The position numbers and the translations under genes are program-made. This document shows positions 54,736 through 64,000 of a DNA stretch of 64,000 nt, piece by piece; position 1 is the first letter of the stretch; every line of letters begins with the position of its first letter. This stretch comes from Myxococcota bacterium (GTDB lineage: Bacteria; Myxococcota_A; UBA796; CAJQPC01). The stretch is from NCBI GenBank assembly GCA_036229005.1, contig JAZAMN010000020.1, forward strand, positions 1 to 64,000, written 5' to 3'. The notes below the pieces were generated by a model. It saw nothing but the letters and a program-made list of their open reading frames with translations, ran no database searches and had not been told where the DNA came from.

Positions 54736-57117
54736 ATGCACCGAGCCATCGCAGCCTTGACCGCCTTGTTTGTCTTCCTGTTCCCGGCGCTCGCGCACGC
54801 AGAGGGCAACACGGTCCACGCCCCCGGCATCGAGCCCCCCGTCCAGGTCGCCCTGGAGGGCCTGCCCGAGGGCGCCCAGGTCCGCCCGGTCAACGAGCTC
54901 GACGGCGAGCCCAACCACGTCCAGGCCAGCCTGGTCCTGGACCGCACCCAGGTCGCCCCCGGGGACACCGCCCGCATCGGCGTCCACCTGGAGCACGACC
55001 CCGAGTGGCACACCTACTGGCGCAGCCCCGGCGAGGTCGGCCAGCCCACGATCATCGACTGGACCCTGCCCGAAGGCTGGAGCGCCGCCGACCACGGCTG
55101 GCCCGTCCCCGACTACTTCGAGCTCGCGGGCATCAAGTCCCACGGCTACGACACCGAGGCCTTCTTCTTCACCGAGCTGCAGGTCCCCGCGGACGCCCAG
55201 ATCGGGGAGAGCGTGGTCGTCCAGGCGGACGTCGGCTGGCTGGTCTGCAAGACCCAGTGCATCCCCGGCGCCACCACCCTGTCGCTGCCGATCGAGGTGG
55301 GGACCGCGGGTGAGCCCACCGCCTGGGCCCAACTCTTCGACCACTGGGGCGCCCGCCTGCCCGGCAAGGACATCGGCCTCAGCGAGGTCGGGGTCGAGGC
55401 CGTCATCTCCCAGGACAAGCTGCGCTTTGACGACGAGTTCAGCATCGCCATCGTCCTGACCCCCACCGGCGAACACAAGATCGAGCTCCCCAAGGAGGGC
55501 GAGAGCACCTGGCCCGGCTTCACGCCCATCTACACCGACGGCGCGTGGATGATCATGGACGGCCCCACGGTGGAGACCCTCCCCAGCGGCCAGGTCAAGA
55601 TCGCCCTCACCGGCTTCGCGCTGGAGTCCCTGGACGGCGCCCTGCATCCCCCCAGCGAGTGGGGCGGCCTGGTGCAGTACCAGGTGGACGGCCAGTGGCG
55701 CCGCGGCGAGGTCGTGCGCGAGATCCCCTGGGCCGAGAAGGAGAGCGAGATCCTGGCCTCCACCAGCCCGTGGATCACCGGAGAGGGCCTCGATGTCCTC
55801 GCCGACACCACCGGATCCGAGACCGCAAGCGAGGCCACCGGGGCTCAGAGCGGTGGGGACCAGAGCTTCCTGGCCATGCTCGGCCTCGCCTTCCTCGGCG
55901 GCATCATCCTGAACATCATGCCCTGCGTGCTGCCGGTCATCACCCTCAAGCTCTACGGGCTGGTCGAGCAGGCCGGCATCTCCAACGCGGAGCGCCAGAA
56001 GGCCGGCACCTTCTACACCCTGGGCATCGTGGTCAGCTTCCTGGCGCTGGGCCTGGCGGTCATCCTGATGCGCACGGTCATCGGCTACGACGTGGGCTGG
56101 GGCTTCCAGTTCCAGTACCCGCCCTACGTCATCGCCCTGGGCACCATCGTGTTCGTGTTCGGGCTGAGTCTCTTCGGCGTGTTCGAGGTCCCGGGCTTCG
56201 GCGAGCAGCAGATGTCCGACGCCTCCAACAAGGAGGGCGCCGCCGGCTACTTCCTGTCCGGCGCCTTCGCGACCCTGCTGGCCACCCCCTGCTCCGCCCC
56301 CTTCCTGGGCACCGGCATGGGCTTCGCCTTCTCGCTGCCGAGCTGGGGCATCCTGCTCTTCTTCGCGGTGGCCGGCCTGGGCCTGGCCTTCCCCTTCGCC
56401 ATCGTGGCCTTCATCCCGGCGCTCTACCGCTTCATGCCGCAGCCCGGCGCGTGGATGGAGACCGCCAAGCAGTTCTTGGGCTTCACCCTGATCGGCACCA
56501 CCGTCTGGCTGGTCTCGGTGGTCGGCGGTCAGACCGGATTGGACGGCGCCATCGGCTTCGTCGCCTTCCTGACCGTCGTGGGCGTGGGCGCCTGGATCCA
56601 GGGCCGCTTCGGTGGGCTGAGCGCGCCAAAGAAGAAGCAGGGCATGGCCTTCGTGGGCGCCCTGGTCCTGTCCGCGCTGGGCGGCTGGTACTTCCTCAAG
56701 ACCGAGCCGGTGCAGGCCGCCGACTGCGCGACCGAGGCCGCCGCCTTCGAGGAGCTGGACTTCTCCGAGGACATCCCCTGGCAGCCCTTCTCCGAGCCCG
56801 CGGTGGCCGAGCTGAGTGGCGAGCACCTGGTGTTCGTGGACTTCACCGCGGACTGGTGCCTGACCTGCAAGGTCAACGAGAAGACCGTGCTCAACACCGA
56901 GCAGGTGCGCGGGGCCATGGCCGAGCGCGGGGTCATGCCCCTCAAGGCCGACTGGACCAACCGGGACGAGGTGATCACGAAGTGGCTGCAGCGCTACGGC
57001 AAGGCCGGCGTGCCCTTCTACCTGGTGATCCCCGCCGACCCCAGCAAGGAGCCCATCCCCCTGCCCGAGGTCATCACGCCCGAGTCCGTCATCTCCGCCT
57101 TCGACCAGGCGGGCTGA
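54736..57117 (+). CDS. dsbD: Protein-disulfide reductase DsbD family
   Basis: WHTYWRSPG, WLVCK..CIPG, LNIMPCVLPV, ATPCSAPFLG, P.PGAWM and DFTADWCLTCKVNE. Confidence 0.9.
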   Translation: MHRAIAALTALFVFLFPALAHAEGNTVHAPGIEPPVQVALEGLPEGAQVRPVNELDGEPNHVQASLVLDRTQVAPGDTARIGVHLEHDPEWHTYWRSPGEVGQPTIIDWTLPEGWSAADHGWPVPDYFELAGIKSHGYDTEAFFFTELQVPADAQIGESVVVQADVGWLVCKTQCIPGATTLSLPIEVGTAGEPTAWAQLFDHWGARLPGKDIGLSEVGVEAVISQDKLRFDDEFSIAIVLTPTGEHKIELPKEGESTWPGFTPIYTDGAWMIMDGPTVETLPSGQVKIALTGFALESLDGALHPPSEWGGLVQYQVDGQWRRGEVVREIPWAEKESEILASTSPWITGEGLDVLADTTGSETASEATGAQSGGDQSFLAMLGLAFLGGIILNIMPCVLPVITLKLYGLVEQAGISNAERQKAGTFYTLGIVVSFLALGLAVILMRTVIGYDVGWGFQFQYPPYVIALGTIVFVFGLSLFGVFEVPGFGEQQMSDASNKEGAAGYFLSGAFATLLATPCSAPFLGTGMGFAFSLPSWGILLFFAVAGLGLAFPFAIVAFIPALYRFMPQPGAWMETAKQFLGFTLIGTTVWLVSVVGGQTGLDGAIGFVAFLTVVGVGAWIQGRFGGLSAPKKKQGMAFVGALVLSALGGWYFLKTEPVQAADCATEAAAFEELDFSEDIPWQPFSEPAVAELSGEHLVFVDFTADWCLTCKVNEKTVLNTEQVRGAMAERGVMPLKADWTNRDEVITKWLQRYGKAGVPFYLVIPADPSKEPIPLPEVITPESVISAFDQAG

Positions 57118-57150
57118 CGGGCGGGGGCAGACCGCGTTAGGCAGCGCCCG

Positions 57151-58074
57151 ATGGCCCTCCAAGTCTTCCCCGGCTCCCGCATGTTCCCGGCGCCCGCGCG
57201 CCCGGTGCTCACCATTGGCAACTTCGATGGCGTGCACCGCGGTCACCGCGTGCTGCTGGACGCCCTGGTGGCCCGCGCCGAAGAGCTCGACGCCCCCGCC
57301 GCGGTCTACACCTTCGACCCGGCCCCGCGGGAGATCCTGCAGCCCGACCGCTGCCCGCCCCGCATCACCTCCCTGGAGCGCAAGCTGGAGCTGCTCGAGG
57401 CCGCCGGCGTGGACATGGTCGTGGTGGAGCCCTTCTCCCTGGAGCTGGGCGGCATGGCCCCCGCGGACTTCGCGGACGAGGTCATCGGCCGCCGCCTGCA
57501 CCCCCGGGCCATGGTGGTCGGCTACGACTTCCGCTACGGCAAGGCCCGCGCCGGAGACGTGCACACCCTGCGCGCCCACTTCCCGGAGCTGTCCATCCGA
57601 GCCGTCGAGGCCCTCCAGGACACCGAGCGCATCGTGAGCTCCTCGGCCATCCGCGAGGCCGTCGCCGAGGGCCGCATCGACGACGCCGCCCGCTGCCTGG
57701 GCCGCCCCTACCGCCTGACCGGCGTGGTCGAGCCCGGAGACCAGCGCGGCCGCAAGATGGGCGTGCCCACCGCGAACATCAAGCCCGACCAGCAGCTCCT
57801 GCCCGCCCTGGGGGTCTACGCCGTGCGGGCCTGGGTCCCCGGCGCCTCGCGCCCCCTGCCGGCGGTCGCCAACATCGGCGTGCGCCCCACCTTCGAGCGC
57901 GTGGGCATCGTGCTCGAGGTCCACTTCCTGGAGGGCGGCCGCGACTTCTACGGCCAGCGCCTCGCGGTGGACTTGATCCGCTTCCTGCGCCCGGAGCGCC
58001 GCTTCGACAGCGCGGAGTCCCTGCGCGCGCAGATCGCCCTGGACATCGAAGACGCCCAAGACGCTCTGCGGTGA
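57151..58074 (+). CDS. ribF: Bifunctional riboflavin kinase/FAD synthetase
   Basis: TIGNFDGVHRGH, VGYDFRYG, SSSAIR, GR.MG.PTAN, NIGVRPTF, EVH and LRPERRF. Confidence 0.96.
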   Translation: MALQVFPGSRMFPAPARPVLTIGNFDGVHRGHRVLLDALVARAEELDAPAAVYTFDPAPREILQPDRCPPRITSLERKLELLEAAGVDMVVVEPFSLELGGMAPADFADEVIGRRLHPRAMVVGYDFRYGKARAGDVHTLRAHFPELSIRAVEALQDTERIVSSSAIREAVAEGRIDDAARCLGRPYRLTGVVEPGDQRGRKMGVPTANIKPDQQLLPALGVYAVRAWVPGASRPLPAVANIGVRPTFERVGIVLEVHFLEGGRDFYGQRLAVDLIRFLRPERRFDSAESLRAQIALDIEDAQDALR

Positions 58075-58913
58075 TCTCCGGACACACCCGCGTCTTCGGC
58101 CTGCTGGGCCACCCCGTGCGCCACTCGCTGTCGCCGGAGATGCACACCACCCTGTTCCAGGAGCTGGGCCTGGACGCGGTGTACGTGGCCTTTGACGTGG
58201 ACCCCGGCCGCGCCCACCAGGTCGGGCAGGCCATCCGCACTCTCGATCTCGTTGGGGTCAACCTCACGGTGCCCTTCAAGACGGCCATCCTGCCCCAGCT
58301 CGACCACGTCACCCAGGCCGCCCTGGAGGCCGGCGCCGTGAACGTCGTCACCCAGATCGACGGCGAGCTCACCGGCACCAACACCGACGGCATCGGGCTG
58401 GTCCGGGCCCTGGTCGAAGAGCACGGCTTCCAGGCCCGGGGATCCCGGTGCACCCTGTTGGGCGCGGGGGGCGCAGCGCGGGCAGTCGCAGCCCACCTGG
58501 CCAGCGAGGGCGCCGCCTCCGTGACCCTCTGCAACCGCACCCGCTCCCGCGCCGAGCAGGCCTGCGAGCACCTGCGCAGCTTCCACCCCAGCGTGCGCTT
58601 CGTCGCCGCGCCCCTGAGCGCCCTGGAGCCCTCCGAGCTGGTGGTCAACTGCCTGGGCGGCGGCGCCGAATCCACCGTCCAGGCCCTGGACCTCTCTCCG
58701 CTGCCCAATCACGCCATCTGGTGCGACATCAACTACTGGATGGACCAGCCCCCCAAGCTCGCCGAGTGCGCCGCGCGCGGCCTGCGCACCAGCGACGGCC
58801 TCGGCATGCTCATCCACCAGGGCGCCCTGAGCTTCGAGCTCTTCACGGGCCACCCGGTGGATCCCGCCCGCATCCGCGCCTTCCTGAGCAAGGGCGCCGC
58901 CGCCCGGGTGTAG
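58071..58913 (+). CDS. aroE: Shikimate dehydrogenase
   Basis: G.PV.HSLSP.MH, NLTVPFK, GAVN, NTDG.G, GAGGAARA, NRT and GLGMLIHQG. Confidence 0.95.
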   Translation: MISGHTRVFGLLGHPVRHSLSPEMHTTLFQELGLDAVYVAFDVDPGRAHQVGQAIRTLDLVGVNLTVPFKTAILPQLDHVTQAALEAGAVNVVTQIDGELTGTNTDGIGLVRALVEEHGFQARGSRCTLLGAGGAARAVAAHLASEGAASVTLCNRTRSRAEQACEHLRSFHPSVRFVAAPLSALEPSELVVNCLGGGAESTVQALDLSPLPNHAIWCDINYWMDQPPKLAECAARGLRTSDGLGMLIHQGALSFELFTGHPVDPARIRAFLSKGAAARV

Positions 58914-58924
58914 ACTCTCCCGCG

Positions 58925-59845
58925 ATGCCCTTGCCCATCCTGTCCATCGTGCTGCTGGCGCTGTCGACCCTCGCGGTCTTCGGCGCGGTGTACTTCCTGA
59001 TCCCGGCCGAAGACGCCGCCCTCGCCGGCACGGACGACATGGCGCTCGAGGGCGTGGAGGCCGAGAACGCCTCCCCCATGATCAGCGCGCTGCGCCCCCT
59101 GCTCGTGCTGCTCACCCCCGCCGTGCGCTGGCTCAAGCTGGACGACTACCGCGCCAACATCGAGCGCAAGATGGTCACCGGCGGCATGGCCGGCATGCTC
59201 ACCACCGACGAGTTCTTCGCCTACAAGCTGGTGATGGGCTTCGCCTTCTGGGGCCTCTTCGTCGGCATCTTCGCCCGCCTCATCGTCGGCTGGCACGCCC
59301 CCTGGCCCGCGTCCCTGGGCGTGATCTTCCTGGGCAGCTTCTTCCCGGACGCCTGGCTCTCCGGCCAGGTCACCGAGCGCCAGAACAAGATCCTCAAGAC
59401 CCTGCCCTACGTGCTCGACCTGCTCACCCTCTCGGTCGAGGCCGGCCTGGACTTCGTCTCCGGCATCCACAAGGTCTGCGAGAAGTCCGTCGCCGGCCCC
59501 CTGGTCGACGAGCTCTCCTTCTTCCTGGGCGAGCTCCAGGTCGGCGCCACCCGCCAGCAGGCCCTGCGCAACCTGGCCGCCCGCGTCGACATGCCCGAGA
59601 TGCGCAGCTTCTCCGCCATGCTCATCCAGGCCGACCTGCTGGGCGCGTCCGTGGGTCCCGTCCTGCGCGCCCAGTCCGAGCTGATGCGTACCGCCCGCTT
59701 CCAGCGCGCCGAGCGCCTGGGCGCCTACGCCGCCCAGAAGATCCTCTTCCCCCTGATCTTCTGCATCATGCCGGCGGTGTTCATCGTGATCTTCGGCCCC
59801 ATCGTGCTGAACTTCCTCTACGGCGACCAGACCATCGGGGTCTGA
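58925..59845 (+). CDS. tadC: Type II secretion system F family / Tad pilus protein TadC
   Basis: LPYVLDLLTLSVEAGLDF, LIQADLLGASVG.VLR.QS and KILFPLIFCIMPA.FIVI.GP. Confidence 0.8.
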   Translation: MPLPILSIVLLALSTLAVFGAVYFLIPAEDAALAGTDDMALEGVEAENASPMISALRPLLVLLTPAVRWLKLDDYRANIERKMVTGGMAGMLTTDEFFAYKLVMGFAFWGLFVGIFARLIVGWHAPWPASLGVIFLGSFFPDAWLSGQVTERQNKILKTLPYVLDLLTLSVEAGLDFVSGIHKVCEKSVAGPLVDELSFFLGELQVGATRQQALRNLAARVDMPEMRSFSAMLIQADLLGASVGPVLRAQSELMRTARFQRAERLGAYAAQKILFPLIFCIMPAVFIVIFGPIVLNFLYGDQTIGV

Positions 59846-60196
59846 ATGCAGCGGGTGGTGGTGAGAAACCTGCAGACCGGCGCGGTCCTGGCCACCTCGG
59901 CCCTGCACGCCACCGGCTTCTTCGAGCGCATGCGCGGTCTGCTCGGGCGCGCCCCACTCCAGCCCGGCCAGGGCATGGTGATCGAGCCCTGCAACAGCGT
60001 GCACACCTGGTTCATGGGCTACGCCCTGGACCTGCTCTTCCTGGACCGTGATCGCCGCGTGCTGCGGGTCATCCCGGCCCTGCCCCCCTGGCGCATGAGC
60101 CCCATCGTCCGCGGCGCCCACAGCGTCATCGAGCTACCCGCCGACGCCAGCTTGGGTACCCTTGCTGGCCATCCCCTGGCCCTGGAGCCCCAATGA
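59846..60196 (+). CDS. DUF192 domain protein
   Basis: FFERMRGLLGR, PCNSVHTWFM..ALDLLFLD and SVIELPA. Confidence 0.85.
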   Translation: MQRVVVRNLQTGAVLATSALHATGFFERMRGLLGRAPLQPGQGMVIEPCNSVHTWFMGYALDLLFLDRDRRVLRVIPALPPWRMSPIVRGAHSVIELPADASLGTLAGHPLALEPQ

Positions 60197-61995
60197 ACCG
60201 CCTCCGCATCCTGGAAGGCCCCCGCGCCGGGGAGCTCATCCCTCTGCGCGAAGGCGACCAGATCGCCGGCCGGGTGCCCGAGGTCGAGATCCACCTCCCC
60301 AGCCGCCGGGTCAGCCGAAAGCACGCCAGCTTCAGCGTCGAGCCCGACGGTCGCTGCATCCTGCGCGATCTGGGCAGCGCCAACGGCGTGCTCGTCAACG
60401 GCCACCCCATGGAGGCCTGCGAGCTCGTCCACGGCACCCACATCCAGATCGGCGACGCCCTCATGGTCTACGAGGACCAGGAGGAGGAGCAGACCCAGGA
60501 CCCCGCGGGCGACTTCGGCCCACCCCCTGACCCCTTCGGCGGCCCCCCACCCTCTGCATTCGGCGGCCCCAGCGAGGACACCGGTGCCCACCTCGGCGAG
60601 CCCATCGGCGAGCCCACCCGGCTGCCCGGCGACATGCAGCCCCCGCCCGGCCCCGCGCCGGAGCTGGAGCCCGCCATGGGACCGCCGCCCGGCCTGGGCG
60701 CCCCCACCGGCGGCGGCTTCGGCGCCCCCGGCGGCGGCTTCGGCGCCCCCAGCGGCGCGCCGCCCCAGGGCGGCTTCGGCGGCCCCGTCGCCGCCGGCCC
60801 CATCGCCAGCGGCCCGCAGGCGGATGCGGAGCCAGGCAGCAGCACCTCGCCGGCGGGCGGCAGCGCTGGCGGTTTGAGCAGCAAGATTCCGTTCATGGGT
60901 AGGGTCGTTGGCCTCTTCATGCTGCTGGGCCTCGTCCTCCTCTGCGGCCCCATCGGTGGCTTCATCTCCCTGGCCAAGGGCGGCGCTGACGCGCTGGAGC
61001 AGATGAGCGTGGAGCGCGGCGTGGCCATCGCCCAGGGGGTCGGGCACCGCAACGCCGCGTCCCTGGCGGCCCGCGGCCTCGACTACGAGCTGGCCAGCTT
61101 CGAGCGCCTGAACGAGGTCGGCAAAGTCCTGCTCCTGGGCAGCGACGGCTCCGTGGTCGCCCCCATCAACCAGGCCAGCAAGTCGCTGGCCGACGACGAG
61201 CTCTTCAAGACCGCCAAGAAGGAGCGCCGGGAGGCCACCCAGCCCGGCGAGGGCGGCCTGACCCGCATCATCGTGCCCGTGCGCGGCGCGCCCAATGCCG
61301 AGGGCTCCACGTCGGACGCCCCCAAGGTCGTCGTCGGCTACGCCTACATCGAGTACGACGCCGCCACCGCCGCGGCCGCCGTCGCCAGCCCCATGACCCG
61401 CCTCGCCGCCAGCCTGCTCTTCCTGGCCCTGGTGCTGGGCGGCGCCGTCGGCGGCGTGTTCGTGTTCGCCGAGCGCCCCCTGCGGCAGCTCCGGGACGAA
61501 GCCGAGCTCGCCATCTCCGGGCACAACGAGCAGCTCCAGGCCCCCGTCAAGTGGGGCGCCCTGGAGGACCTCACCCACACCCTGAACCGCGCCCTCGCGC
61601 GCGCCGCGGGCCGCCCCGATCCCAGCCCCGCCCCGGCGGCCGAGCCCGTGGTGCAGACCGTGGTCGAGAAGGTCGTCGAGCCCGACGCCCGCGTCGACAC
61701 CCTGCTGGCCGCCTGCACCTTCCCCGTCATCCTCCTGGACGCCGAGGGCCGCGTGGCCCAGGCCAACGACTGGGGACAGCACCTGCTGGGGCGCCCCCTG
61801 GCCGAGCTGCAGGGGCAGGCACTCCTCGACCTTGTCGCCGGCGTCCCCCGAGATAGGCTGGACGCCATGTGGCAGGGAATCTCCCAGGGCCAGGCCCCCG
61901 TGCTCGCGGACGACATCGACTTCGGTGAAGGCCCCCGCAGCGCGACCCTGGCCGCCGGTCCCGGCCTGTCCCACGCCATCCTGGTGGTCCTGTGA
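60193..61995 (+). CDS. FHA domain membrane protein with C-terminal PAS-like domain
   Basis: GR...SRKHA...DLGSANG..VNG, a Pro/Gly linker, two TMs, a HAMP-like stretch and VILLDAEGRV..AN. Confidence 0.8.
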   Translation: MNRLRILEGPRAGELIPLREGDQIAGRVPEVEIHLPSRRVSRKHASFSVEPDGRCILRDLGSANGVLVNGHPMEACELVHGTHIQIGDALMVYEDQEEEQTQDPAGDFGPPPDPFGGPPPSAFGGPSEDTGAHLGEPIGEPTRLPGDMQPPPGPAPELEPAMGPPPGLGAPTGGGFGAPGGGFGAPSGAPPQGGFGGPVAAGPIASGPQADAEPGSSTSPAGGSAGGLSSKIPFMGRVVGLFMLLGLVLLCGPIGGFISLAKGGADALEQMSVERGVAIAQGVGHRNAASLAARGLDYELASFERLNEVGKVLLLGSDGSVVAPINQASKSLADDELFKTAKKERREATQPGEGGLTRIIVPVRGAPNAEGSTSDAPKVVVGYAYIEYDAATAAAAVASPMTRLAASLLFLALVLGGAVGGVFVFAERPLRQLRDEAELAISGHNEQLQAPVKWGALEDLTHTLNRALARAAGRPDPSPAPAAEPVVQTVVEKVVEPDARVDTLLAACTFPVILLDAEGRVAQANDWGQHLLGRPLAELQGQALLDLVAGVPRDRLDAMWQGISQGQAPVLADDIDFGEGPRSATLAAGPGLSHAILVVL

Positions 61996-62918
61996 ACGCC
62001 ATCCCCCAGCTCGTCTGCACCGCCGGTCCCCTGCAGGGGCACCGCGCCAACGTGACCGAAGCCGGCCTCCGCCTCGGGCGGGACCCAAGCTGCGAGATCC
62101 ACATCCAGGACCCCGACGTCTCGCGTTCCCACGCGCGGGTGATCCTGCACAACTCCGCGGTGTGGGTGCAGGACGCGGGCTCCCGCAACGGCGTGTTCGT
62201 CAACGACAAGCGCGTGGTGGACAACAAGTCCATCGGCCCCGGCGACCGCGTCAGCATCGGCCCCCACCACTTCGTGCTCGAGCTGCTGGACGTCCAGGCG
62301 GACGACCCCAGCGTCAGCGTGCGCCTGGACAGCCTGGAGGAGCCCGAGCGGCGCTTCAAGCTCTGGCCCTTCGCCCTGGTCCTGGTCATCCTGGTCGGCG
62401 GCATCGGCCTGATCTCCATGGCTGGCCAGGACGGCCCCTCCGTCCAGGACCAGGTGGATCCGGGCGCCTACAGCCTGACCGCGGCCCTCAAGCCCCAGGA
62501 GACCGAGGGCGCCGGCGGTACCACCCCGGCCCGCGACCCCGAGGCCGGAGACCCCCGCGACGCCTGGCCGGATCCCCCCGAGGGCGCCACCCTCACCGAG
62601 CTGGTCGAGCAGGGCCACGCCGCCTACCAGGCGGGCCGGCTGCAGGACGCCCTGGCGCAGTACCAGATGGCCCTCAAGCTGGACGAGAGCTGCGAGATCT
62701 GCGAAGCGCGCATCCCCCGCATCGAGGGCGAGATCGCCGCGCAGGTCAAGGAGAACTTCGACTCCGGGCTGCGCTACTACAACAGCCTCAAGTACCGCGA
62801 GGCGATCAACGCCTGGGAGACGGTGCTGCTGTTGGAGCCGGACCCGACGGCGCCCATCCACAAGCAGACCGTGGAGTACCTGGCGCAGGCCCGCGAGAAG
62901 CAGGCGGGACAGTTCTGA
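61992..62918 (+). CDS. FHA domain membrane protein with TPR
   Basis: LGRD...VSRSHA...DAGSRNGVFVN, one TM and C-terminal TPR-like helices. Confidence 0.82.
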   Translation: MNAIPQLVCTAGPLQGHRANVTEAGLRLGRDPSCEIHIQDPDVSRSHARVILHNSAVWVQDAGSRNGVFVNDKRVVDNKSIGPGDRVSIGPHHFVLELLDVQADDPSVSVRLDSLEEPERRFKLWPFALVLVILVGGIGLISMAGQDGPSVQDQVDPGAYSLTAALKPQETEGAGGTTPARDPEAGDPRDAWPDPPEGATLTELVEQGHAAYQAGRLQDALAQYQMALKLDESCEICEARIPRIEGEIAAQVKENFDSGLRYYNSLKYREAINAWETVLLLEPDPTAPIHKQTVEYLAQAREKQAGQF

Positions 62919-62932
62919 GATAGAGTCGGCCC

Positions 62933-64000
62933 ATGCAGGTTGGGCTGGAGCTCGTGATCAGGCGGGACGGACACCCGGACGAGCGTGTCGTCCTGGAGTC
63001 CGGAGTGATGGTGTTGGGCCGCGCGGAGGACGTCGACCTCTGCCTGCCGGACATCGGCGTGTCCCGGCGCCACGCGCGCCTGGTCGTAGACACCCAGGGC
63101 GTCACCTACGAAGACCTCGGCAGCGGCAACGGCTCCTGGTTCATGGGCAAGCGCGTGCGCACCCAGACGGTGGTCGCCGGCGATGAGATCGTCATCGAGC
63201 CCTTCCACCTCCACTTCGTGGAGGCGCGCCCCGTGGGCGGCATGCCCCTGGCCCCCGTCGCCACGGACCCGGGCATGGTCACCGCCTCTCTGGTGGTGCT
63301 CAGCGGCACGCGCCCCACGCCCGGCAGCCGGATCGAGATCCCCCTGGACGGCCTGAACATCGGGCGCAGCGAGCGCGAGGACCTGACCCTGGCCGACGCC
63401 AGCGCCAGCCGCCACCACGCGGAGATCCGGCGCGTGGGCCTGGACCACCACCTGCGAGACCCCGGCTCGGCCAACGGCGTGTTCGTCAACGGCAAGCGCA
63501 TCAGCGAGCACCTGCTCCAGGACGGCGACCTGCTGCGCATCGGCGACACCGAGCTGCGCTTTGAGGCCCTGGGGCGCCGCCCCGAGCCCCTGAACGTCCC
63601 CGATGAGCAGGACTACAGCGACCGCACCGAGGCCTTCGACAAGGACCTCGCCGCCAAGCTCCTGGCCGAAGAGGAGGCCGCCGCCGAAGAGGAGGCCCGC
63701 CGCCTGGAGCAGGAGCGCGCCGCCCGCCGCGAGGCCGCCCGTCACCTGCAGTCCCAGCCCACGCTCCAGCAGCCCCCCCCGGAGCCCGCGCCGGCCCCCG
63801 CTGTGGCGCCCCCTCCGCCCGCTGCTGCGCCCCCTCCGCCCCCCGCCGCTGAGCCCGGCCCCGGCGGCCTGGGGACCCCAAACCTGGGCGCGCCCGCCTT
63901 CGGTGCCCCCGGACAGGGTGGCTTCGGCGCTCCCCCCGCAGACGGCCCGGCGTTCGGCGGCGCCAGCGGCGGCCCTGGCGGCGCGAAGGCGCCCGCCCCC
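62933..64000 (+). CDS. Double-FHA domain protein (truncated by window end; absent from the ORF track)
   Basis: Manual translation from ATG 62933: LGRAEDVDLCLPDIGVSRRHA...DLGSGNG, then IGRSE...ASRHHA...DPGSANGVFVNG, then a Pro/Gly-rich tail. Confidence 0.8.
   Translation, partial: MQVGLELVIRRDGHPDERVVLESGVMVLGRAEDVDLCLPDIGVSRRHARLVVDTQGVTYEDLGSGNGSWFMGKRVRTQTVVAGDEIVIEPFHLHFVEARPVGGMPLAPVATDPGMVTASLVVLSGTRPTPGSRIEIPLDGLNIGRSEREDLTLADASASRHHAEIRRVGLDHHLRDPGSANGVFVNGKRISEHLLQDGDLLRIGDTELRFEALGRRPEPLNVPDEQDYSDRTEAFDKDLAAKLLAEEEAAAEEEARRLEQERAARREAARHLQSQPTLQQPPPEPAPAPAVAPPPPAAAPPPPPAAEPGPGGLGTPNLGAPAFGAPGQGGFGAPPADGPAFGGASGGPGGAKAPAP

Noticed and set aside
52450..58059. 1869-aa minus-strand ORF and similar long shadow ORFs (e.g. 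39969-41930, 50426-52474, 60019-62088)
   Set aside because: They are antisense to well-supported genes. Stop-codon scarcity in high-GC DNA explains them, and they have no recognisable motifs.

Overview
High-GC bacterial window. The host is probably Myxococcota-like, inferred from the Asp-Ser-repeat lipoprotein, multiple FHA proteins and a Tad gene. All product calls come from reading motifs by eye; no database search was run. The window has three zones. (1) About 283-27108 is a 7-deazaguanine DNA-modification (Dpd) defence island. The + strand carries queC, queE, folE2 fused to an XRE HTH, a YaaA/DpdC-like gene and dpdB-dpdA-dpdB. These are followed by a RecB/Cas4-like nuclease and a 2142-aa protein fusing an SF1 (Dna2/Upf1-like) helicase to a DpdJ-like SF2 helicase. 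This block converges on a minus-strand dpdE-F-G-H-(I) operon. No dpdK, dpdD or queD is visible. (2) About 27196-39332 is the backbone of a capsid-less integrative element: VapE, primase, a sigma-70-like gene, an HTH, Bro-N, two unknown gene pairs, a Xis-like HTH and a tyrosine integrase. It appears to be inserted in the 5' end of a radical SAM gene and to supply a recoded replacement start for it. (3) About 39242-64000 holds host genes: radical SAM proteins, metallophosphatase and porin, ferredoxin, def, glycosyl- and sulfotransferase, SpoU, dsbD, ribF, aroE, tadC and FHA proteins. The best candidate for a novel system is the variant Dpd system, in which a nuclease plus a double-helicase DpdJ fusion seems to replace the canonical DpdK/DpdD components.
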